Shown: positions 1 through 13,478 of the stretch, in pieces
Numbering within the stretch: the stretch's first letter is position 1
Layout: each line of letters opens with the position of its first letter
DNA from: Mobula hypostoma
Taxonomy: Eukaryota
Length of the DNA: 60,000 nt
Direction of reading: 5' to 3'
NCBI RefSeq assembly: GCF_963921235.1
Contig: NC_086107.1
Span: forward strand, 115,384,001 to 115,444,000
The notes under the pieces: generated by a model
The model's database searches: none
Told to the model about the DNA's origin: nothing
Seen by the model: the letters and a program-made list of their open reading frames with translations, nothing else
Translations under genes and position numbers: made by a program

Positions 1-200
1 CCACGAAAATCAATACAGCATACCTGTAGTCTTTCAATTTTTTATTTCGAACAACAGGCGGGACATTTAAGTAGGATTTTACAATTCAGCCAAAGCTTTA
101 GTCGGATGACCAAGCGTCGTGGTTGCAATCATGTCAGATGTTTCCTGTTAAGTATTGAACAACGATTGATTACTCGTTTTGGAGCCCAATCTGCTGTATC
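1..200. repeat. Copy 1 of a near-identical direct duplication (partner 6472-6670); probably continues beyond the left edge
   Basis: ccacgaaaatcaatacagc...ctgctgtatc occurs at both 1-200 and 6472-6670 with only a few differences. Confidence 0.9.
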
Positions 201-2899
201 ATGTTTGTGAATCGAAGTCGAACGAGATAATGCCCTGGAACAGGAGTGCCGGGTCAAAGGATCATTTCATTATTGATTATGGTGGGAGTGCCGGTTCATT
301 ATTATCCTGAACTCCCCCTTTTTTACGACTGGAGATTCGAAGGTGTCCGCCTAAATACGTCGGCTGAAGATCGAGCTGACGTGAAAGTGGAGGCCAATGT
401 TGAATCGAAGACTCGATGAGACGATTCACCTAATTCCATCCCGGTGCCACATCTGGTCCTATTGTTTCTGAAGTATTATTTTTACTCTTCTTTTATAAAA
501 TGCTTTAGCGAGGCGGCCGGGGTGTGCGTGAGAAGCGAAAATTATCTACCTACGAAATAGAAAATGTGGTTCTTCAAATTCCTCAAGCTGTGGTAAATAT
601 TTTAATCCCCAGTGGAAATACAGCGCCAGAGACCAACCTGCAAGACGGAGCTTCAAAGTTCAAAGTTCAAGGTTCAAAGTAAATTTATCGGCAGAATACG
701 TGTAAGTCACCAAACACCACCTTGGGAGTTATCTTCTTGCAGACATTCCCATTCGGGCAGAGAAATACAATATAACGTATGACAAACTACACAGAAACAT
801 ACACTGACAATCACCAAGGTGGAAAAGAAGACAACCTGCAGATTAAAAAGTACAAAACAGAATAATAGTAAGAACATGCGTTGTAGAATCCTTGAAAGTG
901 AGTCCATAGGTTGTGGAATTAGTTCCGAGTGAGGGTGAATGAAGTTAACCGCATAGATGGTTGAAGTTTCCACTTTGTCCGGGTTCTCATGTGTTATTGG
1001 AACTGTACTCTTCGAAGCAACGGGAATGTATCTATTGCGAAATAACTTTGTACATGTATCACCGCAGAACAGATTTTTAAAATATCTGCCAATTCTCCCA
1101 AGTGCCAGGGGATATTGGGGCAACTGGGCAAGTCAGAGGCACGACCGTTCAAATAACACACTCTGTACTAGAGACGAACTAGAAAGTTTATTGAAAGCAA
1201 CTGGCAGATCAGAATGGTGGGGGATGGAACGTTGAGCATGTAGTGTCAGGAAATGTAATGGAAACTTGACCCAAAAGCAGAGCCACAGAGCCGATTCAGT
1301 GGTGAATGATAACTTTAGCAATAGACTACAAAGTAACAAGCTAGAGGAGACAACACGACAGGTAACAAGGCAAACTTTACGCAAGGAGAGTGAAGGCCAG
1401 CAGCAACTGGGAGAGGTTGGTTGGTTCAATGGGTGAACAAGGACCGTGGCGGAGAACTGAGGTAAATAGCCTGCAGGTTGTAAGTCCGGGACAAGTGGCT
1501 GGTGAATCGGATGAGCTGGGAGGACTGTGGGAGGTGCTTGCATGTGTAGGCTGGGAGGCATCAGCGGGAGCAGGCCTGACATGTAAATGGGATGTAGTCT
1601 GTGAAAAGTCGACGTAGTTAATGGACGAGAACACAGTTGGGAGGACCAGAGTATCGGTCTCGTGCTGGTAACCTGTAAAGAAAGAACTAAACTTTCAAGA
1701 ATTCATATTAGATTCCTCCTTGTCATATGGGAAAATATGTAAAACTCTGTAATGTTGCATTCTGGTATTTCCAGTATGTGCCATTCTGGTTTATTCCATA
1801 TCAGAGTCGGCTGCAGTCGGGTGCTTCCAATGCATCGGCAAGTTTGCGGCGCTGGAGGTTCATGGCAGGGAGAGTTTCTCCCTTCTGCCACCTGCGTTAG
1901 ATGATGAGTCGATCGGGACTTTGAGACTTTTTTTTTACCGTGCCCATGGTCTGCTCTTTATCAAATTAAGATATTGCTTTGAACTGTTGTAACTATATGT
2001 TATAATTACGTGGTTTTGTCAGTTTTTGTCTTGGTTTGTCCTGTTTTTCTTGTGATATCACTCTGGAGGAACATTGTATCATTTTTAATGCATGCATTTC
2101 TAAATGACAATAAACGAGGATTGAATGTTCTCATAATCTAATCTGTATTTCATCTTCTGAAATTATTTTAATGTAATCCCTTATTCTTCATAACTATTTA
2201 ATGTTTTTTGTTGTATGTCGTGACCCGACCAACGCACCTGAGCAAACTTGTAAGTGTATTAGGTCATAAATTCCCTCCTTGATCTTTGATCATTGAGCAA
2301 AAAGCAAACAAAATAAAAAGATTTAAGAAGTGATATGTGGTAATCCTTTGAGCAGTTACGGGAATGCATAGCTTTGAGATTAGATGAAGGTAAATATCAG
2401 GCTCACCGTGGGTAAATAACTGTAAAGCATGTTCAGAATCAGAACACATAATCAGATTTATTATCCCTGATATACAGTTTATCTGAAGTTTGTTTTCTGA
2501 GGTATAATAAAAGCGCATAACATAACATACACTGTAAATTACAATAATAACGAAACTAGCAGTGCGAAAATAGTGAAACTGTTTAAGGCATGTGTTTAGC
2601 TGGAATACTACGGGAGATAAAAAAAACGAAAGGAATGAGGGGTTGAAAGGTATAAAAGGCTATTCCTTTGTGTAAGGCGGAGCAGGTCGAGACCCCCGCT
2701 TAAGATACAGACTGGCAGAGAGCAGGGAGACTGTTGGAGCAAGCTGCTGGGCACTTGGAATTCTGCTTCGGCGTTGTATCCGATCAGCTGATAATTATTT
2801 ATTCCTCTGCATTTTATTGAAGTGGTTAATGTGCAGCTTTCATAAGTCTAATAAAGTAGTCTTATATCACTCAACAGTGTATAATGTCTCCTTTGTTTG

Positions 2900-3230
2900 T
2901 AAAAGAATCTTCAAAAGGTGGTGCCTGGAGAAGGCGGAATGTATCATGAAGAATCAACGCCATGAAGGCTTTTCATTGGTACCATCGGGGAGGAGGTACA
3001 GCGGCCTGAAGACGAACACTCATCGTTTTAGGAACAGTTTCTTCCCCGTCGCCGTCGTTCCTGAACGGTGCGTGGATGCTGAACACTATCTCATTATTCC
3101 TCGTTGCCATGGTTATTTATTTCACTTCATTGCCACGTTTTGTAACACATCTGTTTTGCACTGTACTGCGGCACAAAACAACAAATCTGACGATACGTGT
3201 CACTGATAATTAAATGTGATTCTGATTCTG
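2900..3230 (+). mobile_element. Rex1/Babar-type LINE 3' fragment
   Basis: Translates to FSLVPSGRRYSGLKTNTHRFRNSFFP, a typical Rex1 ORF C-terminus, followed by a tgattc tail. Confidence 0.7.
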
Positions 3231-4257
3231 AGCAGCATTTCTTGCTGAATCGGGTTAGGACATGGACGGACTTTAGAATAATAAATTGCGCTCCCAGTAT
3301 TAGAGAGCTGGAAAGGACAGTGTTTCTGACACGTTGACACCCGGGCCCTGAACATGAAAGAGTTGTGTATGTAGAACCACGTTACACCTGTTTCGCGTGG
3401 ACGAGTCAGTCGCTCGCACTGTGGCGCCTAAACGCAACGAACAAGTGAAAATTTCACCCGATGTAGCTCAACACCATGTCGCAGAAAGGGCAACTCATGC
3501 ATTGCATCCGGCGCTCAGGTACCCCTGTCCGAAACAACTAACTGAAGTCCATCAAACGAGTTTTTCATTCTTCGACAGGTGGGTTTGGGAATTGTAGCGA
3601 GGACACTCGGCACTTGAGTCTCATCTGGGCCAGGCTGTATTGTCCTCGTGTCACACTTAGAAAGAAGCGAATACTCTAGTTCATGTCAAAAATGTTAATC
3701 TAAACCCAACGACATTCTTCGCTACTGATGGGACAATGCTCATTGCTTAATTATAACCAGTCCGGTAGTTCATCATTCACACCTGCAGATAACAAATAAA
3801 GAACCCAGATGAATTAAACGTAGAAATATTATTAACTTGATAGTGAAAGTCAACACGACTTAACTGTAATTGCTGTGGCTTTCCGCGCGTTCAGAGAGGG
3901 AGAGAAAGAAAGGCAAAATGGAAACGCCGTTTTAAATAGACACATTCTTTCGCAGATGATCGATCGGCAAAATAAAACAAACCAAATTCCAGAACGGCTG
4001 CCGTTCCAGATTCCTGATTGGTAAGACATTAGCCATGGTTGAAACTTAGGTCACGATTTGTTTCATCTCTTGGATATCAACAGGTACTTGGGGCTGATGA
4101 AATGTGGACAACTGCTACAGTTATTCCTTCTCCTAAGACGACCATGCCAAGTCTCTGCTGAGAACTGACCTGGCAGGCAACTGAAATGTCAGGATTATTC
4201 GGAGCTTCTCTCCGAGAGTCTATGACCTCCCATCCCTTCCCTTCCAATTTGGTACTT

Positions 4258-4912
4258 TGGTAGCTTTTGGTACATTGGCCTTTACTAATCAAAGTATTGA
4301 GTATAAGAGCTGGAATGTTATGATGAGGTTGTATAAGGCATTGGTGAGGCCGAATCTGGAGTATTGTGTTCAGTTTTGGTCACCAAATTACAGGAAGGAT
4401 ATAAATAAGGTTGAAAGAGTGCAGAGAAGGTTTACAAGGATATTGCCAGGACTTGAGAAACTCAGTTACAGGGAAAGGTTGAATAGGTTAGGACTTTATT
4501 CCCTGGAGCGTAGAAGAATGAGGGGAGATTTGATAGAGGTATATAAAATTATGATGGGTATAGATAGAGTGAATGCAAGCAGGCTTTTTCCACTGAGGCA
4601 AGGGGAGAAAAAAACCAGAGGACATGGATTAAGGTTGAGGGGGGGAAAGTTTAAAGCGAACATTAATGGGGGATTCTTCACACAGAGAGTGGTGGGAGTA
4701 TGGAATGAGCTGCCAGACGAGGTGGTAAATGCGGGTTCTTTTTTAATATTTAAGAATAAATTGGACAGATACATGGATGGGAGGTGTATGGAGGGATATG
4801 GTCCGTGTGCAGGTCAGTGGGACTAGGCAGAAAATGGTTCGGCACAGCCAAGAAGGGCCAAAAAACCTGTTTCTGTGCTGTAGTTTCTATGGTTTCTGTG
4901 GTTTCTATGGCT
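4258..4912 (+). mobile_element. CR1 LINE 3' end (RT C-terminal region)
   Basis: LYKALVRPNLEYCVQFWSP...LERRRMRGDLIEVYK...FFTQRVVGVWNELP; (tttctatgg)n tail. Confidence 0.92.
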
Positions 4913-5169
4913 CTAATTAAATGTACCCGTTCAGCAGTTGTGTTTACTTATTCAATCATCTGGCCTGGGGATTACGCCTTAGACCCAGCGACGATGAAGG
5001 AACGGCGAAGTGCTTCCAAGTCGAGTTTATAAACGAGCGGGATGCCATTCTCCAGCATTTGCAGGTACTCCTCGTGGTCTACAATATCAGAGCCGCCGAG
5101 GCAGGTAACTTGCCCTGGCCCTGGCACCTTAGCTGCGTGCTATAGGTTCCCGCTCTATTTTCTGTCAGT

Positions 5170-6190
5170 TCTGTTGTATATAGAACCTGTTCTCCTCCAC
5201 TCTCACCCTGAACACAAGCATGCCTCAAGGCTGTGTGCTGAGCCCTCTTCTGTACTCCCTTTCGACCCATGACTGCGTTCCTGTACATGGTTCTAACTCC
5301 ATAATCATGTTCGCAGACGACACCACAGTGGTTGGCCTGATCAGAGGGAATGACGAGACGGCCTACAGGGACGAGGTCCAGCACCTGGCCGCATGGTGTG
5401 CTAACAACAACCTGGCCCTTAACACCCAGAAGACCCAGGAGATCATTGTGGATTTCAGGCGTGCTAGGAGCCACAGTCATGTCCCCACCTACATCAACGG
5501 AGCTGTAGTGGAGCGTGTATCAAGTTTCAAATTCCTTGGTGTCCACATTTCCAAGGCCTCACCTGGTCCCTGAACTCCTCCATCCGGATCAAAAAGGCAC
5601 AACAGCGCCTTTATTTCCAGCGGAGCATCAAGAAAGCTCACCTCTGTCCCAGGATACTGACGGACTTTTACCGCTGTACCCATTGAGAGCATACTCACCA
5701 ACTGCATCTCATTGTGGTATGGAAATTGTCCCGTATCGGAGTGCAAAGCACTCCAACGTGTGGTGAAAACTGCCCAGCGGATTATCGGCACCCAATTGCC
5801 CACCATTGAGAACATCCACCGTAAACGCTGCCTGGGCAGGGTGAAAAGCATTATCAAGGATGCATCTCACCCTAACCATGGACTTTTTACTCTCCTCCCA
5901 TCCAGTAGGTGCTACAGGAGCCTCCGCTCCCGCACCAGCAGGCACAGGAAGAGCTTCTTCCGTGAAGCTGTGACGCTGCTGAACCTCACATCACAGCGCT
6001 AAGCAGTATTGCACCCATATTGTACTGTCTCAGTACTTTTATATTTGTGTGCTGTAGCACTTACTTTATTCGCAGTTAATTTGTAAATAACACTATTCTT
6101 TGCATTTCTGGTCAGATGCTAAATGCATTTCATTGGCTTTGTATCTGTACTCGGCACAATGACAATAAAGTTGAATCTATTCTAATCTAA
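5170..6190 (+). mobile_element. Rex1/Babar LINE, frameshifted RT 3' half
   Basis: PQGCVLSPLLYSL..HDC..FADDTTVVGLI; LQRVVKTAQRIIG; aataaa plus (aatct)n tail. Confidence 0.9.
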
Positions 6191-6471
6191 TATATTGTGC
6201 ATTCAGTGGTCCGCCGATAACATCCGCAGTTTGACACACGTTGGAATAATAACATCAATGAAACGTTTTGAAGCTTTGTCTATTTTATGTATCTATTCAC
6301 CTTCATGCATATAAATATTCAATGCCGTGATGCGCGGCTCTCTGGATTACAAAATAATTTCTTTGATGCGGAATCTAATTAAATCTTTTCCACAATTCTA
6401 TATTTAGAAACTGGTTTGGGCCGCGTTCTCTTGGTAAATACAGTAATACATTGAGCAGAATCACGTCAAAT

Positions 6472-6670
6472 CCACGAAAATCAATACAGCATACCTGTAG
6501 TCTTTCAATTTTTATTTCGAACAACAGGCGGGACATTTAAGTAGGATTTTACAATTCAGCCAAAGCATTAGTCGGATGACCAAGCGTCGTGGTTGCAATC
6601 ATGTCAGATGTTTCCTGTTAAGTATTGAACAACGATTGATTACTCGATTTGGAGCCCAATCTGCTGTATC
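6472..6670. repeat. Copy 2 of the direct duplication of 1-200
   Basis: Direct sequence comparison. Confidence 0.9.
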
Positions 6671-6683
6671 TTTGGATATGGAG

Positions 6684-6907
6684 ATTTCTTAAGGTTGTCA
6701 TAGCCGTAGCTGGGGGCCGTGGGTGGCTCGTGGGGATAAGCTCCCACTGTCTATTAAACGCTCCTCATGGCGTGCGTCTCAAACAGCCTCTGATAACCAA
6801 GTCCAACTCCTAGCCTTCACGTGTGGCTTAACTACTAACCCCGGCCGAACCGCTTCTAGTGAGAAAAGACGGGAAAAAAGGCTGTTTTTTTTCGGAGGGC
6901 CTCACTA
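6684..6907. mobile_element. Short insertion flanked by a 10-bp direct repeat (probable non-LTR element fragment)
   Basis: ggatatggag at 6674-6683 and 6908-6917. Confidence 0.5.
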
Positions 6908-7647
6908 GGATATGGAGTTCCAAGATTTGGACTCAGACAAGAGGAAAATTGGCTAACAGTTTGTTCAGGTATTTCAGCGATTGACTATGTATCTGCCATT
7001 GACATCCTTACAATGGAAATGCTGCTGAAAGATGCTGAATTGGCCATATATTTTGTGTGGATTGAAAGCTGTGCTGTGGTAACGCGCTTTGGAAGGGGCT
7101 GGAGTTCTTAGGGTAATGCAGCGGGGCGTGACCAATCCAGCTCCTGCTCCCTGATGCCCGTAACGTTTTCGTGCATCATTTGCCGCCAACAGTGTTAAAC
7201 TACACCACAAAAGGAGTGTGCTATGTAGTATATCTTGCCCCCTTTACAGGCGTTCATAAAGAATGAATTGTACTGCCTCTTGTGCACTGGCACTACCCGT
7301 CAGACAGGGCAATGAACGGCAGATGGCGACAGGCCGCGGTCACACAGGACAGGACCGGAGAAACGCGGCATCTGATTTTTATTGGGAATATAATGCACTC
7401 TGTTCCTCTTGTTATTCTCAGACACGCACGACAGTCCGGTATATCTGCTTATGTGTCATGTGTAAATCAAAATCCAACGAGACTATTATAGCTTAAATGT
7501 GTGTTGGGCAATATTGATAATATCCATGCAAGTAACTAATTATTAACTAGGACAGTCAATTATTCTCTCCTGCGAGGCAACAAGTTCCATATGAAGTGGG
7601 TATACGCATTTATAATGTGAGAGTGAAGTTGCAGTCGTCTCATTCAT

Positions 7648-7657
7648 TTTCTGTTTC
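7648..7657. promoter_or_regulatory. ISRE-like core (TTTCTGTTTC) upstream of a candidate non-coding first exon of the IRG gene
   Basis: Matches TTTCNNTTTC; donor G|gtaaga at 7768; IRG acceptor tctttctccag ends at 9741. Confidence 0.3.
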
Positions 7658-9755
7658 ACAAGGACTGAAGCAAAGTTCAAAACAAAACAACTGATTTTCG
7701 CAGTGCTTCCATCTCTGCAAAGCATTAAACGATTCCCAGAGCAGGCAAGGCTTCATGTCACTGAATGGTAAGAAATATATTCCTCAATTTAAAATTAGGT
7801 CACTTTTTTTGGTATTTATTTATGGACTTCAGATGTCTGTATAGCGAATAACTTTCGCCGCGTTACGCGTTAGTGTCGACTCCTTCAGGTATTTCCTCGC
7901 ACGAGGAAGCCACGCGGCCAAGTTCTGCATGACCTCCTTACATAAGAGAAGTTCAGGGTTACCTGTCTGAACCACTCTCAGTCAGAGACAGGTGAATTGC
8001 AGGATGCACATGCAGGGCAGACACAACATCGTGTGCTGCAGAACGACATGATCCAGCTGGCTGCCGTTTGATTATACCGGGCGTATCGAAGTTCGGCGCT
8101 GCCTAATAACCCAACACGTTTATTTATTTTATTTTAATTTCATTTCTCTTTGGACATATGGCGCCGAATAGGCTCTCCTTGCCTAACGAGCCGCGCCGCT
8201 CAGCAACCCACATTTTAACCCCAGCATAATCACGGGACAATTTAGAATAACCCATTAACCTACTAACCGATATGTCTTTGGAAAACGACGCACTCGAAGA
8301 TGACCAGTGCGCATATGGAAGGGACCCACGAACTTGCTTACGCTGGAATTGAACTGCGGCGCACCGGACATTAGCGCTTAACTTCAACGGGACGTTGTGA
8401 AATCAGCAGTTGTCCAAACCTCCAGTCAATTATAGAAATGTCCACTGTCACCCATAGCTTTCTCAACCATGAGGACCATACTTTATCCACGGTCAGTCCG
8501 ACTCCAATGTTTCAATGGTCGCTGCTTGACATTCTCTGACATTCCCTCTGTTTTTGTAAGCACTTTTCTAGAAGTTGCGTTGCTAACTGAACTGCATTCC
8601 CCTCATAAACTTCCTCTTTGGAATATTCTAGTAATAACACAAGCATTATTTTCAAGGATGATTCTTCCGTCTCTCTTTCGTGACAAAAGGCATACACGTT
8701 GTGTAAGATGTTCGCATAATGAAGATGTAGTTAAAGAAAGCATGATCGTGAGCTTATTGGCAACTGAGGTGGGCTTGTGCTGGAACATCCAGAATGGAAG
8801 AGTACAACACGGGCACAGGCCCTTCGGCCCACAATATTATGCCGAGCCAATTAAAGTAGTCATCAAATGGCCAACCAAACTAATTCCCTCTGTCAATACA
8901 AGGTCATTATTTTTAAATTTTCTTCACTTTAATGGGCCTATCTAAACGTCTCTTAAAATTCTCTAATGTATCTGCCTCTACCGCCCCAGGCAGCGCGTTC
9001 CAAGTACCCACCAGTCTCTATGTAAGAGGCTTGCCCCGACGTCGCCTTTGAAATTGCCCCTCTCGCCTTGAATGCATGCCGTCTGGTTTTAAGCATTTGG
9101 TGGTTTGTTTTCGATGTTGTTTGGGCCACGCAAGGGAAAAGATCTCAGATTCAGCTCCGCGTTTGAAGAACACTTGCAATTGGCTCTGTCCATAAATTTT
9201 ACATTTTAATTTTTAAAATCTGAGTTAAGTAACTTCAGGGTACACATTATGTAACAATGCAGGCCAGGGGTAGTACCCGCCTGCCGGAGGAACGGTCCAG
9301 CTGGCAGCTGTCAGTCCATGTTGAGGCTGTCCTATGCCGAACGCTTACATGCACTTTCTGCGTGTTTATCAGCGTGCGCTGTCCAGAGCGAAATGGGAAG
9401 AAAGAGTCACGATAAGGCTCTGTCACGGACATACCTTGTACAAAATAGAGAATGACAGGAGACTGTGCATAACCCACTGTAATAATTACTTTCGGCACGT
9501 TGAGGGGATGTTTTGCCAGAGGCATAGCTGGGGCTCTGCCCTGTTTGTAAAGCACCGTAATGCCAGCACCTGAATGAAACCCAATGTGTATCCAAGTATT
9601 TTTTTTCCTTCGGAGCGTGGGATAATGAAATACAGTGGATGGCGACAAGCTGTTTAATGCATCCTAACAAACAGTAGTTGAGTAGGATAAGACAGTGCCA
9701 ATTCAGAGTTGAACATACATGTCTTCCTATTCTTTCTCCAGTTAGAAATCCTAGA

Positions 9756-10934
9756 ATGGCTGCTGCTTCCATCGAAAGCGAATTGCAATCTCTCTTCACA
9801 AAGGGCGGATTGGTTGCGGTCGTTCAACGGGCGAAAGCAGTTCTCGAAAATGTGGAGAGTACGACGCTGAACATTGCTGTGATTGGAGAATCCGGCGGTG
9901 GGAAATCATCCTTCGTCAGTCTTTTGGGCGCGTCGGGCATCGAGGGACATTCGGCATTAACGGCTGGTAAGGAACCGCAGATGGAGCCAGTGCAATACCA
10001 GTTCTCCAGCGACGATAAAGTCAGCATCTGGGACTTCCCTGGGACATAGACAGCGAAATTCGATGCCGATGCCTACCTCAACAGTCTAACATTTGACAAG
10101 TATCATTTCTTCATTGTTCTCGGTGGTGCTGAGTTTGAGGAAACCGCATGGCAACTGACCAAGAAAATTCGGGAGAAGAGGAAGAAATGTTACTTCGTGC
10201 GAAATAAATTAGATTCTTACCTGGAGTCTGAAAAACAACGAGAAGAAAGCCAGTACGATGAGACGAAAGCTCTGGAACACCTCAGAAATACTTTTGTTGA
10301 GCGCTCAAAGAAGGAGGGGTTGGAACCTACTCAAATATTTCTGATCTCCAGCTTGCACCGAGACAAGTTTGACTTCGAAGAACTTCAGCGGAGGCTAAAA
10401 GAAGAATTGCCTGCCTTGAAGAAGACTATCCGTTCGCATGTTCTGGACAAGCAAATATCATTACTAACATCACTAATCGATAAGAAGAAAGACGGCTTGT
10501 TAGCTGAAACTTGGAAAATTGCTGCTGCGGCGGCTTCATCTAGGGTCATGCCAATTCCAGGAGCTGCTTTTGCTTGTGACATCCCCTTGTTACTTTACAA
10601 CATTTCCTCTTACCGTTCCTCCTTCGGTTTAGATCCCAGTGTTCTCGTGACATTGGCGTCAATGATTGGGAAGGAGTTCGAGTATCTGAAGGCTGAACTG
10701 CAGTTTGCCTTTTCGCAAGAAATTACCATCAGCAGAATCTCCCAGGAACTCCTGCAGATGGCAGGTGAGGAGATAGTGCAGGGAACCATTCTGGAATTTG
10801 TACCTCTGATAGGCCAGGGCATATCGGCCAAGCGAGCTTACAGCTCAATCAATGGTTTTTTAGGGGACAGTGTGCGGAAACTCGCGGAGGACAGCAAGAG
10901 AATAATTAAGAAGGTTTTAATGCTAGACGATTGA
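9756..10934 (+). pseudogene. Immunity-related (p47/IRG, interferon-inducible GTPase-like) gene, GKS type, 393 codons with one premature TAG at 10047-10049
   Basis: G1 IAVIGESGGGKSSFV; G3 IWDFPG; YHFFIV; G4 YFVRNKLD; IFLISS; PIPG..FACDI; YRSSFGLD. The frame is continuous across the TAG, and a splice acceptor lies just before the ATG, matching the single-coding-exon IRG layout. Confidence 0.9.
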
Positions 10935-11639
10935 GAACGGCGAAGACACATCCAGCAGACAGTTGTACAAACGGTGGAAATCTTCACGCTAAATGTCTCA
11001 TTCAGATGTTAATTCGATTAAGATGTGTAGATGATTTATGTTTATTTTGTGGTCTGGTTTCTAGTCTCTCCTATTTTTCTTGCTAATTTGGACGACTTTG
11101 AATCGAGCCCGCTTGCGGATAATGAACTCTGAGCTGAACTGAAATACGCCTTTTGATTTCGTGCTTTCTATCCCATGTTTCGCTCGATTTTCTTTTTTGT
11201 TGCTACTTGTGCGATTTGGGGTTTTTTTTGCGCAAGGGGGAAAAGGTTAGAAGTTTTTATTTCTTTGAACGGGTTCCATGGCTTCTCTTTGTTTCCTGGC
11301 TGCCTGTGGGAAGACGAATCTCGGGGTTGTATACTGCATGCATATTTTGATAATAAACGTACTTTGAATCTTTGAATATTAAATCTTTGATATTCACACA
11401 GACATGTAAAAGGTAACGCCATGTAGACACACATACACACGCATATAATCAGGATATACTGCTCATGCTGGAAATCTTGACAAACATGCACAAATACTGG
11501 AAGACTGCGGGTCAGATAACACATTAAAAGAGGAGTAAACATTCTACGTTTCGGGCCGAGGCCCTTCATCATGGGCCATACTCTCTTAAATGTGCCCGAA
11601 TGTCCAACTGTTCTCAGAACATATCCAGCGTGGACACAA

Positions 11640-12120
11640 ACTCGCACATAGGCAAATACATAGAGAAACATACACACAGCCACATGCACACAAACACGCA
11701 CAGACTCTCTCACACACACACGCACACATACACACACACACTCACACATACTCTCAGAGACACACGCACACACGCACACTCACAAGCATATTCTCTCTCA
11801 CACACTCATACGTACTCTCTCTCTCTCACCCACGGACACGCACGTACGCACACTCTCTCTCAATCACACACACACACTCATACCTACTCACACACACTCT
11901 CTCACACGCACGCACATACACACACTCTCTCTCACACACACTCATTCATATATTCTCACACACACGTATATACGCACGCGCGCACACGCACACACAGATA
12001 CATACTCTTAGACACACAGACTCTCTCTCTCACACAAACACTTATACATACTCTCACACACACATAAACACACGCACACACTCACATCCACGGACGCACA
12101 TATATATACACACACTCACA
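11640..12120. repeat. Degenerate (CA)n/(CT)n microsatellite
   Basis: Direct inspection. Confidence 0.9.
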
Positions 12121-13478
12121 ATAGACAAAAGACAATAGGTGCAAGAGTAGGCCATTCGGCCCTTCGAGCCAGCACCCCCATTCACTGTGATCATGGCTGA
12201 TCATCCACTATCAGTACCCTTTTCCTGCCTTCTCCCTATATCCCTTGATTCCGCTATCATTAAGAGCTCTATCTAACTCTTTCTTGAAAGAATCCAGAGA
12301 ATTGGCCTCCACTGCCTTCTAAGGCAGAGCATTCCACAGATCCACAACCCTCTGTGTGAAAAAGTTTTTCCTCAACTCCGTTCTAAATTGTCTACCCCTT
12401 ATTCTTAAACTGTGGCCACTGGTTCAGGACTCCCCCAACATCGGGAACATGTTTCCTGCCTGTAGCGTGTCCAATCCCTTTATAATCTTATATGTTTCAA
12501 TCAGATCCCCTCTCATCCTTCTAAATTCCAGTGTATACAAGCCCAGTCGCTCCAATCTTTCAACATATAACAATCCCGCCATCCCTGGAATTAACCCAGT
12601 GAACCTACGCTGCACTCCCTCCATAGTAAGAATGCCCTTCCTCAAATTTGGAGACCAAAAATGCACACAATTCTCCAGGTGTGGTCTCACCAGGGCCTTG
12701 TACAACTGCAGAAGGACCTCTTTGCTCCTATACTCAACTCCCCTTGTTATGAAGGCCAACATGCCATTAGCTTTCTTCAGTGCCTGCTGTACCCGTATGC
12801 TTACTTTCAGTGACTGATGAACAACGTCATCCAGATCTCGTTGTACTTCCCCTTTTCCTAACTTGACACCATTCAGATAGTAATCTGCCTTCCTGTTCCT
12901 GCCACCAAAGTGGATAACCTCACATTTATCCACATTAAACTGCATCTGCCATGCATCTGCCCACTCACCCAACCTGTCCAAGTCACTCTGCATTCTCATA
13001 ACATCCTCCTCACATTTTACACTGTCACCCAGCTTTGTGTCATCTGCAAATTTGCTAATGTTACTTTTAATCCCTTCATCTAAATCATTAATGTATATTG
13101 TCAATAGCTGCGGTCCCAGCACCGAGCCTTGCGGTACCCCACTAGTCACCGCCTACAATTCTGAAAGGGACCCGTTAATCGCTACTCTTTGTTTCCTGTC
13201 TGCCAACCAATTTTCTATCACGTCAGTACTCTGCCCCCAATACCATGTGCTCTAATTTTGCCCACTAATCTCCTATGGGGGAGCTTATCAAAGGCTTTCT
13301 GAAAGCCCATGTACACCTGGCTTTCCCTTGTCCATTTCATACTAATATCCCCAAAAAATTCCAGAAGATTAGTCAAGCATGATTTCCCCTTCGTAAATCC
13401 ATGCTGACTCGGACCTATCCTGCTACTGCTATCCAAATATGCCGCTATTTCATCCTTTATAATTGACTCCAGCATCTT
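12121..13478 (-). mobile_element. CR1 LINE, RT domain to 3' end
   Basis: QHGFTKGKSCLTNLLEFF; SGVPQGSVLGP; SKFADDTKL; LVRPHLE. Confidence 0.95.

Noticed and set aside
10047..10049. Programmed readthrough or selenocysteine in the IRG
   Set aside because: The codon is TAG rather than TGA, and there is no CARYYA-type readthrough context
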